The position numbers were made by a program, and so were the translations under genes. The notes beneath the pieces were generated by a model that was not told where the DNA came from, searched no databases, and saw only the letters and a list, made by a program, of their open reading frames with translations. This document shows positions 51,633 through 62,288 of a stretch of DNA of 64,000 nt, piece by piece. Position 1 is the first letter of the stretch; each line of letters opens with the position of its first letter. Source of the DNA: Caldisericia bacterium (GTDB taxonomy: Bacteria; Caldisericota; Caldisericia; JAAYUI01); NCBI GenBank assembly GCA_963674785.1, contig OY771555.1:128001-192000 (forward strand). Direction: 5' to 3'.

Positions 51633-52928
51633 ATGAAAAAAATAATAACAATCGTACTACTGGGAGCACTTGTTTTAGGAATGGCAATCACAGGAACTGC
51701 ATTTGCAAGAGAAGGACAGAGGAATTCAGCAAATGGACAGACTCCTGCAAATGGAACTTTGGCAGAAAAGGTAAGAGAGATTCCACAGATGGGAACAGTG
51801 GTTTCAAAAAATGCAAACCAGATCGTAATTTCTGGTCCAGGAATGGATTTTGTTCAGATCACAATTACACTTAATGATGAAACAAAATTCTACGACGGAA
51901 CTGTCGAGCATGAGCAGGGTGAAGAGCCAACAGAAATCTCAATCTCTGACATTAAAAAAGGCGACAAGATTGTTGCTCACGGAAAGATTGTAAGAGACGA
52001 CGAAGAATCACCAACATCTTACATTGCAGCAAGAGTTGTTAAAGTTAACCAGTTTCCAAGACTGGATGCACCAGGAGACAGTGGAAGAGAGCAGCCACCA
52101 ACAATGAACGTTCTTTTCAAGTCAGCAAGCGGAAACACAATCACGGTTACAGACCCAGCTGGTGAAAATGAACTAACAGTGACACTTGCTGAGAATGCAA
52201 AAATCTTCAAACTCGTCAAGGGTGAAGATGATGAAAAGGCAACCAGAGAAGAAGTTGAAGTAAGCGGACTCTCAGAAGGTGACAAGCTTGTTATCACCGG
52301 AAAAAGAGTAAAAGACGACGAAGGAAACGTAACTGTCACAGCAATGATTATCCTCGTTGTTGACGAATTCCCAGCACAGCGTCCTGGAAAAGACAGAGGC
52401 GACGACAAAATGCACCAGGTTCTTGGCACATTCAACAGCTTTGATGGTGACTACATGATTCTCGATCCAATCGCAGAGGATGCCGAGCAGATTAAGATCA
52501 AACTCTCCGAAAAGACAGCCTTCGTCAAGTTTGAAAAATCAGAAACCGAAGGTGAAAAACCAGAAAAGATTGAGATGTCAAAAGATGATCTTAAAGCTGG
52601 ACAAAAAGTCTCAGTTCAGGTCATCCCAACAAGAGATGGTGATTCAGAAACAAGAGAAGCCACAGCAGTGGTTGTTGTCTTCCTTGACGAGTTCCCACCA
52701 GCAAGAGCAGGCGGAGAGATCACAGCAATCAACGCAAAGTCAATCACAATCAAGATGAAGAATGAAGACGAGGTAACATTTGAAATCACTGATGAAACAG
52801 TATTCCAGATTCACTCAAAAGATGCTGACCCAGTTGAAGCAACAAAGTCGGATTTCAAAAAGGGTGACATGGTCGGAATCGTCCACAGAGATGGTGCGGC
52901 AATCCTCATCACAAAAAGAGCAGAATAG
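51633..52928 (+). CDS. Secreted protein with tandem DUF5666/OB-fold-like repeats
   Basis: Signal peptide ending AFA; four repeats of I.L.E.T.F...D.KKGDK.V...A; SD AAGGAG. Confidence 0.75.
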   Translation: MKKIITIVLLGALVLGMAITGTAFAREGQRNSANGQTPANGTLAEKVREIPQMGTVVSKNANQIVISGPGMDFVQITITLNDETKFYDGTVEHEQGEEPTEISISDIKKGDKIVAHGKIVRDDEESPTSYIAARVVKVNQFPRLDAPGDSGREQPPTMNVLFKSASGNTITVTDPAGENELTVTLAENAKIFKLVKGEDDEKATREEVEVSGLSEGDKLVITGKRVKDDEGNVTVTAMIILVVDEFPAQRPGKDRGDDKMHQVLGTFNSFDGDYMILDPIAEDAEQIKIKLSEKTAFVKFEKSETEGEKPEKIEMSKDDLKAGQKVSVQVIPTRDGDSETREATAVVVVFLDEFPPARAGGEITAINAKSITIKMKNEDEVTFEITDETVFQIHSKDADPVEATKSDFKKGDMVGIVHRDGAAILITKRAE

Positions 52929-52953
52929 TAGCGAATAAATAAATCTTCTCATC

Positions 52954-52985
52954 AAAAACCCCCGAGGAATCCTCGGGGGTTTTTT
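52954..52985 (+). terminator. Rho-independent terminator
   Basis: AAAAA-CCCCCGAGG-AAT-CCTCGGGGG-TTTTTT. Confidence 0.9.
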
Positions 52986-52997
52986 AAATTTGTTATG

Positions 52998-53247
52998 TAA
53001 ATAAAACAATCAGAACACGTTGGAAGAAAAGTAGTTGATCAGCTTGTGAATGCTCTGAAATCGTCACTACAAAAAAGCAAAGCTGACAGCCAGGAAAGAC
53101 CTAAAAAGACTTCATTATGAAAGGTGTTTTGTTACTTTTTCATTCACAAAGAGTGTTTATGAAGAGCATGCAAGACTAAAACGTGAAGATGATATTGATA
53201 TTGAACTTATGACTGTGGAGGATGTTGTAAAGGAATTCAAACAATAA
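52998..53247 (+). pseudogene. Frameshifted remnant of a Mrr-like endonuclease C-terminal domain
   Basis: IKQSEHVGRKVVDQLVNALK... then, after frameshifts, KGV-FVTFSFTKSVYEEHARLKREDDIDIELMTVED; no start codon. Confidence 0.55.
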
Positions 53248-53319
53248 ACGACTGACAGTGTTGTTTCCTCATCTCAATCAGTATAATCACTATGACAGAC
53301 TAAAAGAGGGGAGGCGTAC

Positions 53320-53466
53320 ATGGGAAGAAAATCTTCATCTAGGAAAAGCAAGACTTCATAAAGAAAGACTGGTTCATCTCGTAATAGAAAAACCGTTAAT
53401 GTTAACTCCAACACTCGAAAAGACGGAACAAAAGTCCATGAGCACAAACGTTCTAAACCAGACTAA
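53320..53466 (+). pseudogene. Small basic protein (RKDGTxV..H.RSxP motif) interrupted by an in-frame TAA
   Basis: SD GGGAGG, ATG 53320, TAA 53359; the frame continues ...VNSNTRKDGTKVHEHKRSKPD. Confidence 0.5.
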
Positions 53467-53589
53467 TAAATCCAAGACTTTATCATCACACCACCAATAG
53501 GCAAAATACAAAAAAGAACTGTCGAGTCATTGAATGACATTAAAAAAAAATGAATAAAAATCCTTAACTTGCGAAGTGTAGCTATACTG

Positions 53590-53616
53590 ACTTTCTCTGA
53601 GATTCCTACGTACTAT
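53590..53616 (+). promoter_or_regulatory. ECF-sigma-like promoter ACTTT-N14-CGTACTAT
   Basis: Matches 51574-51600. Confidence 0.55.
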
Positions 53617-53646
53617 CTCATATAACAACAATACGAAAGGAATATC

Positions 53647-54300
53647 GTGAAAAGATTATTATCTATTGTGCTTATTGGAATGCTTTTATCAGGAGTGGTA
53701 GCCCTAGGAGTTACATTTGCAGAGGAAGAAACTCTTCCCGAGAAACCAGAACGACCAGAAACAATCAGATTAAAGCTCTGGGTTAACACTTCAAAATTTG
53801 TGAAGGATGATGTTCAGATTACTGATCTTGACCCTGCACCGACAACAAAATCACCACCTCTTCCATCAGAGCTTGCAGGAAACACATACATGCCTGTAAG
53901 AGCAGTTTTTGAAGCTCTTGGGGCAGATGTGCAGTGGATTGATGACGACAGAAGGGTAGACGTGCAGCTCGGAAGAATAAAGCTTCAGCTTTGGGTTGAC
54001 AATGTATCGACGGCAAAAATCAATGACGAAGAGGTGACCATATACAATGCCGACGAATCAAAGGTTCTCTACCCAACGATTGTAGATGGAAAAACAATGC
54101 TTCCATTAAGATTTGCCTGTGAATCACTTAAAGCTGATGTTAACTGGATTGAAAGTGAATCGGCAATCGAAATCGTATACCCCTCTGAAACGATGGAAGA
54201 GCCACCAGCAGATGGCGAAGAAAGACCTGAACCTCCAGGAGATGGCGAAACTCCGCCAGACAAACCAGAACCACCAGAAGATGGAGGAGAACAGCCGTAA
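53647..54300 (+). CDS. Copper amine oxidase N-terminal (stalk) domain protein with Pro/Glu-rich tail
   Basis: GNTYMPVRAVFEALGADVQW and GKTMLPLRFACESLKADVNW; signal peptide. Confidence 0.88.
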   Translation: MKRLLSIVLIGMLLSGVVALGVTFAEEETLPEKPERPETIRLKLWVNTSKFVKDDVQITDLDPAPTTKSPPLPSELAGNTYMPVRAVFEALGADVQWIDDDRRVDVQLGRIKLQLWVDNVSTAKINDEEVTIYNADESKVLYPTIVDGKTMLPLRFACESLKADVNWIESESAIEIVYPSETMEEPPADGEERPEPPGDGETPPDKPEPPEDGGEQP

Positions 54301-54324
54301 AAAAGGAAACTGATCAAAGTTTTT

Positions 54325-54357
54325 AAAACCCTCTGTCTTTTAAACAGAGGGTTTTTT
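54325..54357. terminator. Bidirectional Rho-independent terminator
   Basis: AAAA-CCCTCTGT...ACAGAGGG-TTTTTT between convergent genes. Confidence 0.85.
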
Positions 54358-54427
54358 ATTGATATTCATTATCTGGTAAAAGTGTTCAGGAATTTCAATT
54401 ATCTTCTTTGATAAACTAAGAGGGTCA

Positions 54428-55261
54428 TCATTTTTTTAGATAAACAAAATAGTAGATACCGCCAATAAATATAGCCCCACCTACGATATTTCCAAGTGTG
54501 ACAGGTACGAGGTTATTAACAAGAAAAGTTGACCATGTAAGACTACTTGCTCCACCACCCAGCCCACTTGCAGCTAAAACCCCAGCATTTCCTTTCAGAA
54601 ACAATCCCAAAGGTATGAAATACATGTTTGCAACACTGTGCTCAAAACCACTCGCAACAAACGCCATTATTGGGAAGTATATCCCAGCAATTTTACTAAC
54701 TAAATCTTTTCCTGAGATAGCCAACCACACAGCGAGAACAACAAGTATGTTGCAGGCAACACCTCGTAAAAATGCCTCCAGAAAACCTAGGTTTACCTTT
54801 GTGACAGCAATATTCAGAGCATATGTCCCTACCCCATAATCACCCATTTTGTAAAGACCACCAAAGTAGACAAGGATAACCAAAAAAATAGAACCCACAA
54901 AGTTAGCCGAGAAAACGATTGACCAGTTTCTAAATAAACCAGAAAGAGCTATTTTACGCTTAAAAAGAGAAATACTCATCAATGAATTACCAGTAAAAAG
55001 TTCTGCTCCACCAAGCACAACAAGAACAAGTCCAACACTAAAAACACTACCTCCGATAAACTTGCTCAATCCGAGTCCAAAATACCTAGAAACATCATGG
55101 GTGACAACAGTATAAAGATGTGATCCAAATCCAATGTATAACCCAGCTAAAATTCCCGACAAAAAAAGTTTGGAAAAAGAAAGTTTTGATTTATCTTTGC
55201 CAATATCAACAAGCTTTTGTGCTACTTCACATGGAGTTAAATAGTTTATATTAATACACAC
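54428..55261 (-). CDS. Formate/nitrite transporter (FNT) family channel
   Basis: GAELFTGN, CNILVVLAVW, FVASGFEHSVANM, PVTLGNIVGG. Confidence 0.95.
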   Translation of the reverse strand: MCININYLTPCEVAQKLVDIGKDKSKLSFSKLFLSGILAGLYIGFGSHLYTVVTHDVSRYFGLGLSKFIGGSVFSVGLVLVVLGGAELFTGNSLMSISLFKRKIALSGLFRNWSIVFSANFVGSIFLVILVYFGGLYKMGDYGVGTYALNIAVTKVNLGFLEAFLRGVACNILVVLAVWLAISGKDLVSKIAGIYFPIMAFVASGFEHSVANMYFIPLGLFLKGNAGVLAASGLGGGASSLTWSTFLVNNLVPVTLGNIVGGAIFIGGIYYFVYLKK

Positions 55262-55451
55262 CTTACTGTCTATGGATCACTCTTAGATACACCATAGACT
55301 TTAATATGTGATCAAATTAACAAGGCACATACTTATCGTCAAGATTGTTTCAATAACAGTTTCGGTGATAGTTGATTAAGGATAAATATAAAAAGAGGAT
55401 TTAAAATAATATATTTATACTTAGATATAATAACAATAATACAATAGATAC

Positions 55452-55476
55452 AAAAAAAGCCTCTATTACTAGAGGC
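55452..55476 (-). terminator. Terminator of the 16S transcript
   Basis: Minus strand GCCTCTAG-TAA-TAGAGGC-TTTTTTT, about 120 nt past the 16S 3' end. Confidence 0.8.
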
Positions 55477-55596
55477 AAATCTTTGTGTAATAGTAAGAAA
55501 ACTAGATAGCAATGTTCCAAAAAAAGTCAACGGGTCATCCGGTGAATTAAATCTTTTTTTGTTGTCTTGATATTTCTACCAAGAAAAGCTCCTTAG

Positions 55597-57132
<1,536 letters not shown>

Positions 57133-57292
57133 TCTTATATATGTATTATATATAAAGTGTTATATTAAATAACTAGGTGCTCTCACACCTATATTGTCAT
57201 TCTGGAATTGCACCGGATATTGACTTTCATGTGTTAATTGCTATCTAGTTTTCAAACTACTACATTTCCCAGAAGTGAATCGAGGAAAGTTC

Positions 57293-57379
57293 AGTTTACC
57301 ACAAAAGGTGACCACCGTCAAGCAGTTACCCTTTCGGCCAACGAGTAATGAAATATAACCCAAAAAGTTATAGAGTCAA
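57293..57379 (-). promoter_or_regulatory. Tandem rRNA promoters P1/P2
   Basis: TTGACT-16-TATATT (57379-57352) and TTGACG-17-TAAACT (57321-57293). Confidence 0.7.
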
Positions 57380-57578
57380 GGAATGGATATAACATGAATA
57401 ATATATTGCATTCATGGGACTTTCTTGAGAATCAAATTCAATAATCGAAAGGTTCCTTTAACCATCATTCGAAAGATTTTCACCAAAACGCTTCACATTC
57501 AACGATTAAATCGAATCCTTGACATTTTACGATATTCGGTCACTATTATTGCAACTATATTGCAAAAGGAGGCACTCG

Positions 57579-57890
57579 ATGACTGAACATTCAAAACACA
57601 GAGGATCTCGATTCAGAGGTCATTGTTGTCAAAAACATGGAGACAATGAAAACTCTCTTCCTGTTTTATCTGAGTTCCCAGTAGGCAAAAAATGCAAGGT
57701 TGTCTCTCTCATGGGTTGCATGATGAACAAAAGGCTCGCAAATATGGGTCTTGGTGTTGGCTCGATTATAGAGATAATCAAGAATGATTTATCAGGAGGA
57801 CCGTTGATCGTTTTTTCTGATTCTGTAAGAATCGCCATTGGTAGAGGAATGGCAAGGCAGATTTGCTGTGAGGAGATAAAAGATGAGTAG
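57579..57890 (+). CDS. feoA: Ferrous iron transport protein A
   Basis: RLANMGL..G..IEII...GPLIV...RIAIGRGMA; ATG 57579 after AGGAGG. Confidence 0.93.
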   Translation: MTEHSKHRGSRFRGHCCQKHGDNENSLPVLSEFPVGKKCKVVSLMGCMMNKRLANMGLGVGSIIEIIKNDLSGGPLIVFSDSVRIAIGRGMARQICCEEIKDE

Positions 57891-60147
57891 AGAATACGAA
57901 ATAGGATTGGCAGGAAATCCGAACGCGGGTAAAACTTCTGTTTTTAACCACATAACCGGAGCAATGCAAACGACCGGCAACTGGCCAGGAGTAACAGTAT
58001 CAAAAGTCTCTGGAAAATGCAGCGTTAAAAACGAAAAGATGAACATCGTTGATCTTCCAGGGACATATTCTCTCTCAGCACATTCTGAGGATGAACTCGT
58101 TGCAAGAGAATATATCGTAAAGGATAACCCAGATGTTGTGATAAACGTTCTAGATGCAACCGCACTTGAACACAATCTCTTCTTGACGCTTCAAATTATT
58201 GAACTTGGGGTTCCTGTCGTAATTGCCCTTAACATGACAGATGAAGCAAAAAAAAGGGATTTAAAGGTTGACGCAAAACGTCTTTCAAACATCCTCGGCG
58301 TTCCAGTAATTGAAACAATCGGAACATCTGGCGAAGGTGTTAAGGAACTTATGTGTGCAGTTCTTGATGTCGCAAAGTCCAGAAAGAGAAGTAACTATCT
58401 CGTCGATTATGGTCCCGAGATTGAACATTCGACCCAGAAGATTCAGGAAGTACTCTCCGAAACTGAAATCGCTAAAACAAAGTATCCTCCACATTTCTTT
58501 GCTCACAAGCTTCTCGAAAATGATAAAGCAATTTGCAACGAAGTAGAAACAATAAAGCATCCAGAACTCGTTCACGAAATCGTCAATAAGGAGATAAAAA
58601 GGTTAAAGGGGATTTTTGGGGATGATGTTGAAACTCTCGTCATAGATCGTCGTTACGAACAAGCAAGAATAATCTCGAAAGAAGTGGTGAAAGGAATCGT
58701 TAGAAGACAAAGATTTGTTGATAAAATTGATAGATTTCTTGCAAACAGATTTATTGGAATTCCAATATTTGGTATCGTTATGTGGGGGATATTCTATGCA
58801 ACATTTACTTGGGGTGCCCCACTCAGTGATTGGGTAGCCGAGGGGTTAGCATGGATAGACACAACATTGTTCGGTGCTCTCGTTGACTCATCATCCGTTC
58901 TTGTTTCAAATATTGGGAACTTCCTAAGTGGAGTTATCAACGATGGTATCGGTGGAATATTAGTATTTTTCCCATTCATTGTCATCCTCTTCCTTATCCT
59001 CTCGTTCCTAGAAGACAGCGGGTATATGGCTCGAATTGCGTACATAATGGATGGCATAATGTCCAAAGTCGGGCTTTCGGGAAAAGCATTCATACCATAC
59101 GTTGTCTCATTTGGATGTGCTGTACCTGGTGTTGTTGCCACAAGGACGCTTGATTCAAAAAGGGAAAGAATTTTAACTATACTTACTGCACCTCTTGTTT
59201 CCTGTGTTACAAGAATGGAAGTTTTCTTTTTCCTAGCAGCAATTTTCTTTGCAGGTTCGGCACTTGCTCAATCACTTGTTGTATGGTCAGTATTCATTTT
59301 TGGTATCCTGCTGGCTATCACTCTCGTTGCGATATTCTCTAAGATCTTCTTCAAAAACGAACCAGCAACACCACTTCTTATCGAGCTTCCACCATACAGA
59401 TGGCCAACACTTAGATCAGTTCTAATCCACACATGGGATAGAACCAAACACTTCCTCCAGAAAGCTGGTGGTGTCATACTTATTGGTGCAATTATTTTCT
59501 GGATCCTTTCAAACACACCAACAAGTGGAATAACCTCCTCAGCAACCCCATGGTTCATTGTACTTCTAGTTCTCGCTTTATGGATGGTTATAAATTCAGT
59601 TTTTTCAAAAAGATTATATAAGAACACCGAAACTCGATCAAAAACGGTTAAAACAATCAACATCATTCCATTCGTATTGATCGTTGGAGTATTCGTTCTT
59701 GGTGTCATGCCACATATCAGCTTAAGCGTTGATGCAATCGAACAGTCACTCGTTGGAAAAATAGGACACTCACTTGAATGGTTCGTTAGACCATTGGGAC
59801 TTGACTGGAGAGCAGTTATTGCACTCATTGCAGGATTTGTTGCAAAAGAACTTCTTATTTCAATCTTCGGCGTTCTTGGCAATTTTGCAGAGGATGCAGA
59901 ACCAGGTGGGCTTGAAGCAGGGCAAAATCCAGAGGGAACACCAGCAGTTATTGCCACTTGGTACACAACACCTGCTGTTCTCGGAATGATGGTTTTCTTT
60001 AACCTTTACTCCCCATGCCTTGCAACAATCGGTGCGATCAAAGCTGAGGCAGGTTGGAAATGGATGTGGTTCTCAATAGCTTATGGAATCGCTCTCGGAT
60101 GGATAATGTCATTCATTGTTTACCAGGTCGGGTCGCTTTTCATTTAA
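57883..60147 (+). CDS. feoB: Ferrous iron transport protein B
   Basis: GNPNAGKT, GNWPGVTV, DLPGTYSL, NMTD, LEDSGYMAR, GCAVP, ELPPY, YSPCLAT. Confidence 0.97.
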   Translation: MSREYEIGLAGNPNAGKTSVFNHITGAMQTTGNWPGVTVSKVSGKCSVKNEKMNIVDLPGTYSLSAHSEDELVAREYIVKDNPDVVINVLDATALEHNLFLTLQIIELGVPVVIALNMTDEAKKRDLKVDAKRLSNILGVPVIETIGTSGEGVKELMCAVLDVAKSRKRSNYLVDYGPEIEHSTQKIQEVLSETEIAKTKYPPHFFAHKLLENDKAICNEVETIKHPELVHEIVNKEIKRLKGIFGDDVETLVIDRRYEQARIISKEVVKGIVRRQRFVDKIDRFLANRFIGIPIFGIVMWGIFYATFTWGAPLSDWVAEGLAWIDTTLFGALVDSSSVLVSNIGNFLSGVINDGIGGILVFFPFIVILFLILSFLEDSGYMARIAYIMDGIMSKVGLSGKAFIPYVVSFGCAVPGVVATRTLDSKRERILTILTAPLVSCVTRMEVFFFLAAIFFAGSALAQSLVVWSVFIFGILLAITLVAIFSKIFFKNEPATPLLIELPPYRWPTLRSVLIHTWDRTKHFLQKAGGVILIGAIIFWILSNTPTSGITSSATPWFIVLLVLALWMVINSVFSKRLYKNTETRSKTVKTINIIPFVLIVGVFVLGVMPHISLSVDAIEQSLVGKIGHSLEWFVRPLGLDWRAVIALIAGFVAKELLISIFGVLGNFAEDAEPGGLEAGQNPEGTPAVIATWYTTPAVLGMMVFFNLYSPCLATIGAIKAEAGWKWMWFSIAYGIALGWIMSFIVYQVGSLFI

Positions 60148-60165
60148 AGGACATAAAAACACAAA

Positions 60166-60465
60166 ATGATACTTAAAAAAACTCTCGACGCTCTAAAAAC
60201 TGGAGGATTTAGAACCCTTCCAGAGCTTGCTGGTCACCTTAAGATAACTACTGAAGAGTTAAAAAGCATCATAGACATACTCGTTGCTACGGGAAAGCTC
60301 CGAAAAAAAGAGCAGCAAATAAGCGGAAGCACTGGCTGTAGTGGTTGTTGCTGTTCCCAATCATGCTCAGGTTGTTCTTGTCATAATTCAAAGAGTAAAG
60401 CATCTTCAGTAGAAAGCACAAGCAAAAACAGTATTTCATTCTATGAGATAGCAGAAAACCCATAG
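60166..60465 (+). CDS. FeoC-like winged-helix protein with Cys cluster
   Basis: TLPELAGHL...GKL followed by CSGCCCSQSCSGCSC; directly after feoB. Confidence 0.75.
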   Translation: MILKKTLDALKTGGFRTLPELAGHLKITTEELKSIIDILVATGKLRKKEQQISGSTGCSGCCCSQSCSGCSCHNSKSKASSVESTSKNSISFYEIAENP

Positions 60466-60596
60466 CTATGAATGTCATCGAGTTTGCATGCAAACTCAAA
60501 CTATTGTTAAATTTCTATATGTACACATTATCAGTTTTTCCAACACACCTAGGGTCTAGAATCATCTAGGAATTTCCAAGAAAAGGAGTAGAAATT

Positions 60597-61499
60597 GTGA
60601 AAACTATACAATATAGTTGCAAATTTATCGCATTAGTTGCTATCATCGCATTAGCCACGACATTTGCAATCACAACAATATACGTAAACGCACATACACC
60701 AGGTGCAAAACCAGAACCAATCTTCGAATTCAAATCGATAACACTCATGGATGGAACAGAAGTTATCGAGCTATCAATCGATCAGTTGAATAAATTCCAC
60801 GCTGAGGGAGTAGCGTTATCAACAGAAAGACAGCTTATAAAACAGGGAAAAAGTGATGAAGAAATCAGAGAAGCGATTGAGGAAAAAAGAAGTACAGAAT
60901 CAGGGGCAGGACCGTGTGGGATTAGTGTATATAGGGCAATGCTGATTGCTGCGCGTGAACTTTGGGAAGATGGGATAATCACTAGATCGGAACTCAAGAT
61001 TGAATCAAATTGGACTGGAGGAGGATCAATAGATTTTTGCAGGTATCTGACTGGAAACACGGATAGAATTGCAGTTGAATCAAAGGGAGAGTTCGTACTC
61101 TCAAACAAAGGGAAAACAGTAGACATCGATATTGATTATCCGGAAATCAAGAAAATTTCAAAAGAAATGAACTCAAGTTCTTTCTTTTACCGAATAACAA
61201 ATAAAAGTACAGGTAACTCGATAGATTTCCAAATAGCTGAAGATATTATTCCTGAAGGATATTTCTCACTTAGAAGTGATGCAAAATTCAATAGCGAGGT
61301 TTCAGAGAGTATTCTTAATGAATTCGCATCCTCATGGTCAGAGTTTCGGGATAATCTGCTTCTACTGAATGATTGGGAAATATTTGAGGGGATAGAGGAA
61401 CCACCAGCAAAAGCACCAGTAATGGCACTTATTGTTATCTTTGGAGTTCTAGCTCTCATCGTAATTATGTGGATTGTGGGTAAAACGAGGAGATTTTAG
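60597..61499 (+). CDS. Exported, C-terminally anchored protein, possibly FmdE-like
   Basis: Signal peptide; KFH...GPCGISVYRAM...GSIDFCRYLTG resembles the FmdE fold; C-terminal TM followed by KTRRF. Confidence 0.5.
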   Translation: MKTIQYSCKFIALVAIIALATTFAITTIYVNAHTPGAKPEPIFEFKSITLMDGTEVIELSIDQLNKFHAEGVALSTERQLIKQGKSDEEIREAIEEKRSTESGAGPCGISVYRAMLIAARELWEDGIITRSELKIESNWTGGGSIDFCRYLTGNTDRIAVESKGEFVLSNKGKTVDIDIDYPEIKKISKEMNSSSFFYRITNKSTGNSIDFQIAEDIIPEGYFSLRSDAKFNSEVSESILNEFASSWSEFRDNLLLLNDWEIFEGIEEPPAKAPVMALIVIFGVLALIVIMWIVGKTRRF

Positions 61500-61855
61500 T
61501 TTCTCGTTTTGTGTTTATTTTCATGTTTAAGAAAGTTTTATTATGAGTCAATCTCAAGCAATCGGTTAAAAACTAACCAGCTTAAGGTCTTCACACATCA
61601 AAGGTTCACCGCCTTTCCATTCTTGAGAACCCATAACCCACAATATGGGTTCTCATCAAAAAAGTAATTTTCAAACCAAGCAGGCAAAATATGATCACAA
61701 CAAAAATGCTTGATACACCATCTCTTTTCCAGGAGCCAGAACTCACCTCTGGCTCCACGACCTAAAGTCCATCAAAAAGTTATATGAATCAATCATTGAT
61801 GAGCTAATGCAAAAGAATAAAATAGGGCTTATAAGAAAAATAAATGAGTTAAGGA

Positions 61856-62149
61856 ATGTGTGACGCTATGCAGAAAATTAGACCCGGTCAGTTGATTGAT
61901 TTCATAAAGGAAAAAGGATTCACAACCATTAAAACAGCTGCAGGAGAGCTGAACGTCAGCGAGGAAGGAATCCTTGAGTTAATAAAACTACTAAGGAACA
62001 AAAAACACCTCGTAAAAATAGATTTAACAGAAGATTCTGATTGTGAAAGTGGAAGTTGCAGTGGATGCAGTGGTTGTGGTGCAAGTTATGTGATTCAAGT
62101 AGACGATGAGCAAATTGCATATGCTCTTTCATCCATTGCCTCCAGGTAA
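61856..62149 (+). CDS. Second FeoC-like winged-helix/Cys-cluster protein
   Basis: LIDFIKEKG...AGELNVS...CESGSCSGCSGC. Confidence 0.65.
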   Translation: MCDAMQKIRPGQLIDFIKEKGFTTIKTAAGELNVSEEGILELIKLLRNKKHLVKIDLTEDSDCESGSCSGCSGCGASYVIQVDDEQIAYALSSIASR

Positions 62150-62288
62150 AACTAGAAAACTTTTTCGGTATACAAAAAGTAAACAGTATAAACATCCCTA
62201 TATTTTACAATTTAGATATATTTCTAAAAACATCTGATAACAATTGTATCAAAAATTATAGTAAACTCATGGTGTCAAGGAGGGCACA

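Noticed and set aside
53258-53500. 80-aa ORF from the track
   Set aside because: No SD. The overlapping frame starting at 53320 has a strong SD and a recognisable motif.
61645-61863. ORF with an in-frame TGA (61711) followed by a hairpin, as a possible second selenoprotein
   Set aside because: No SD, the hairpin starts 18 nt after the UGA with a loop lacking G, and the geometry differs from the selD SECIS.
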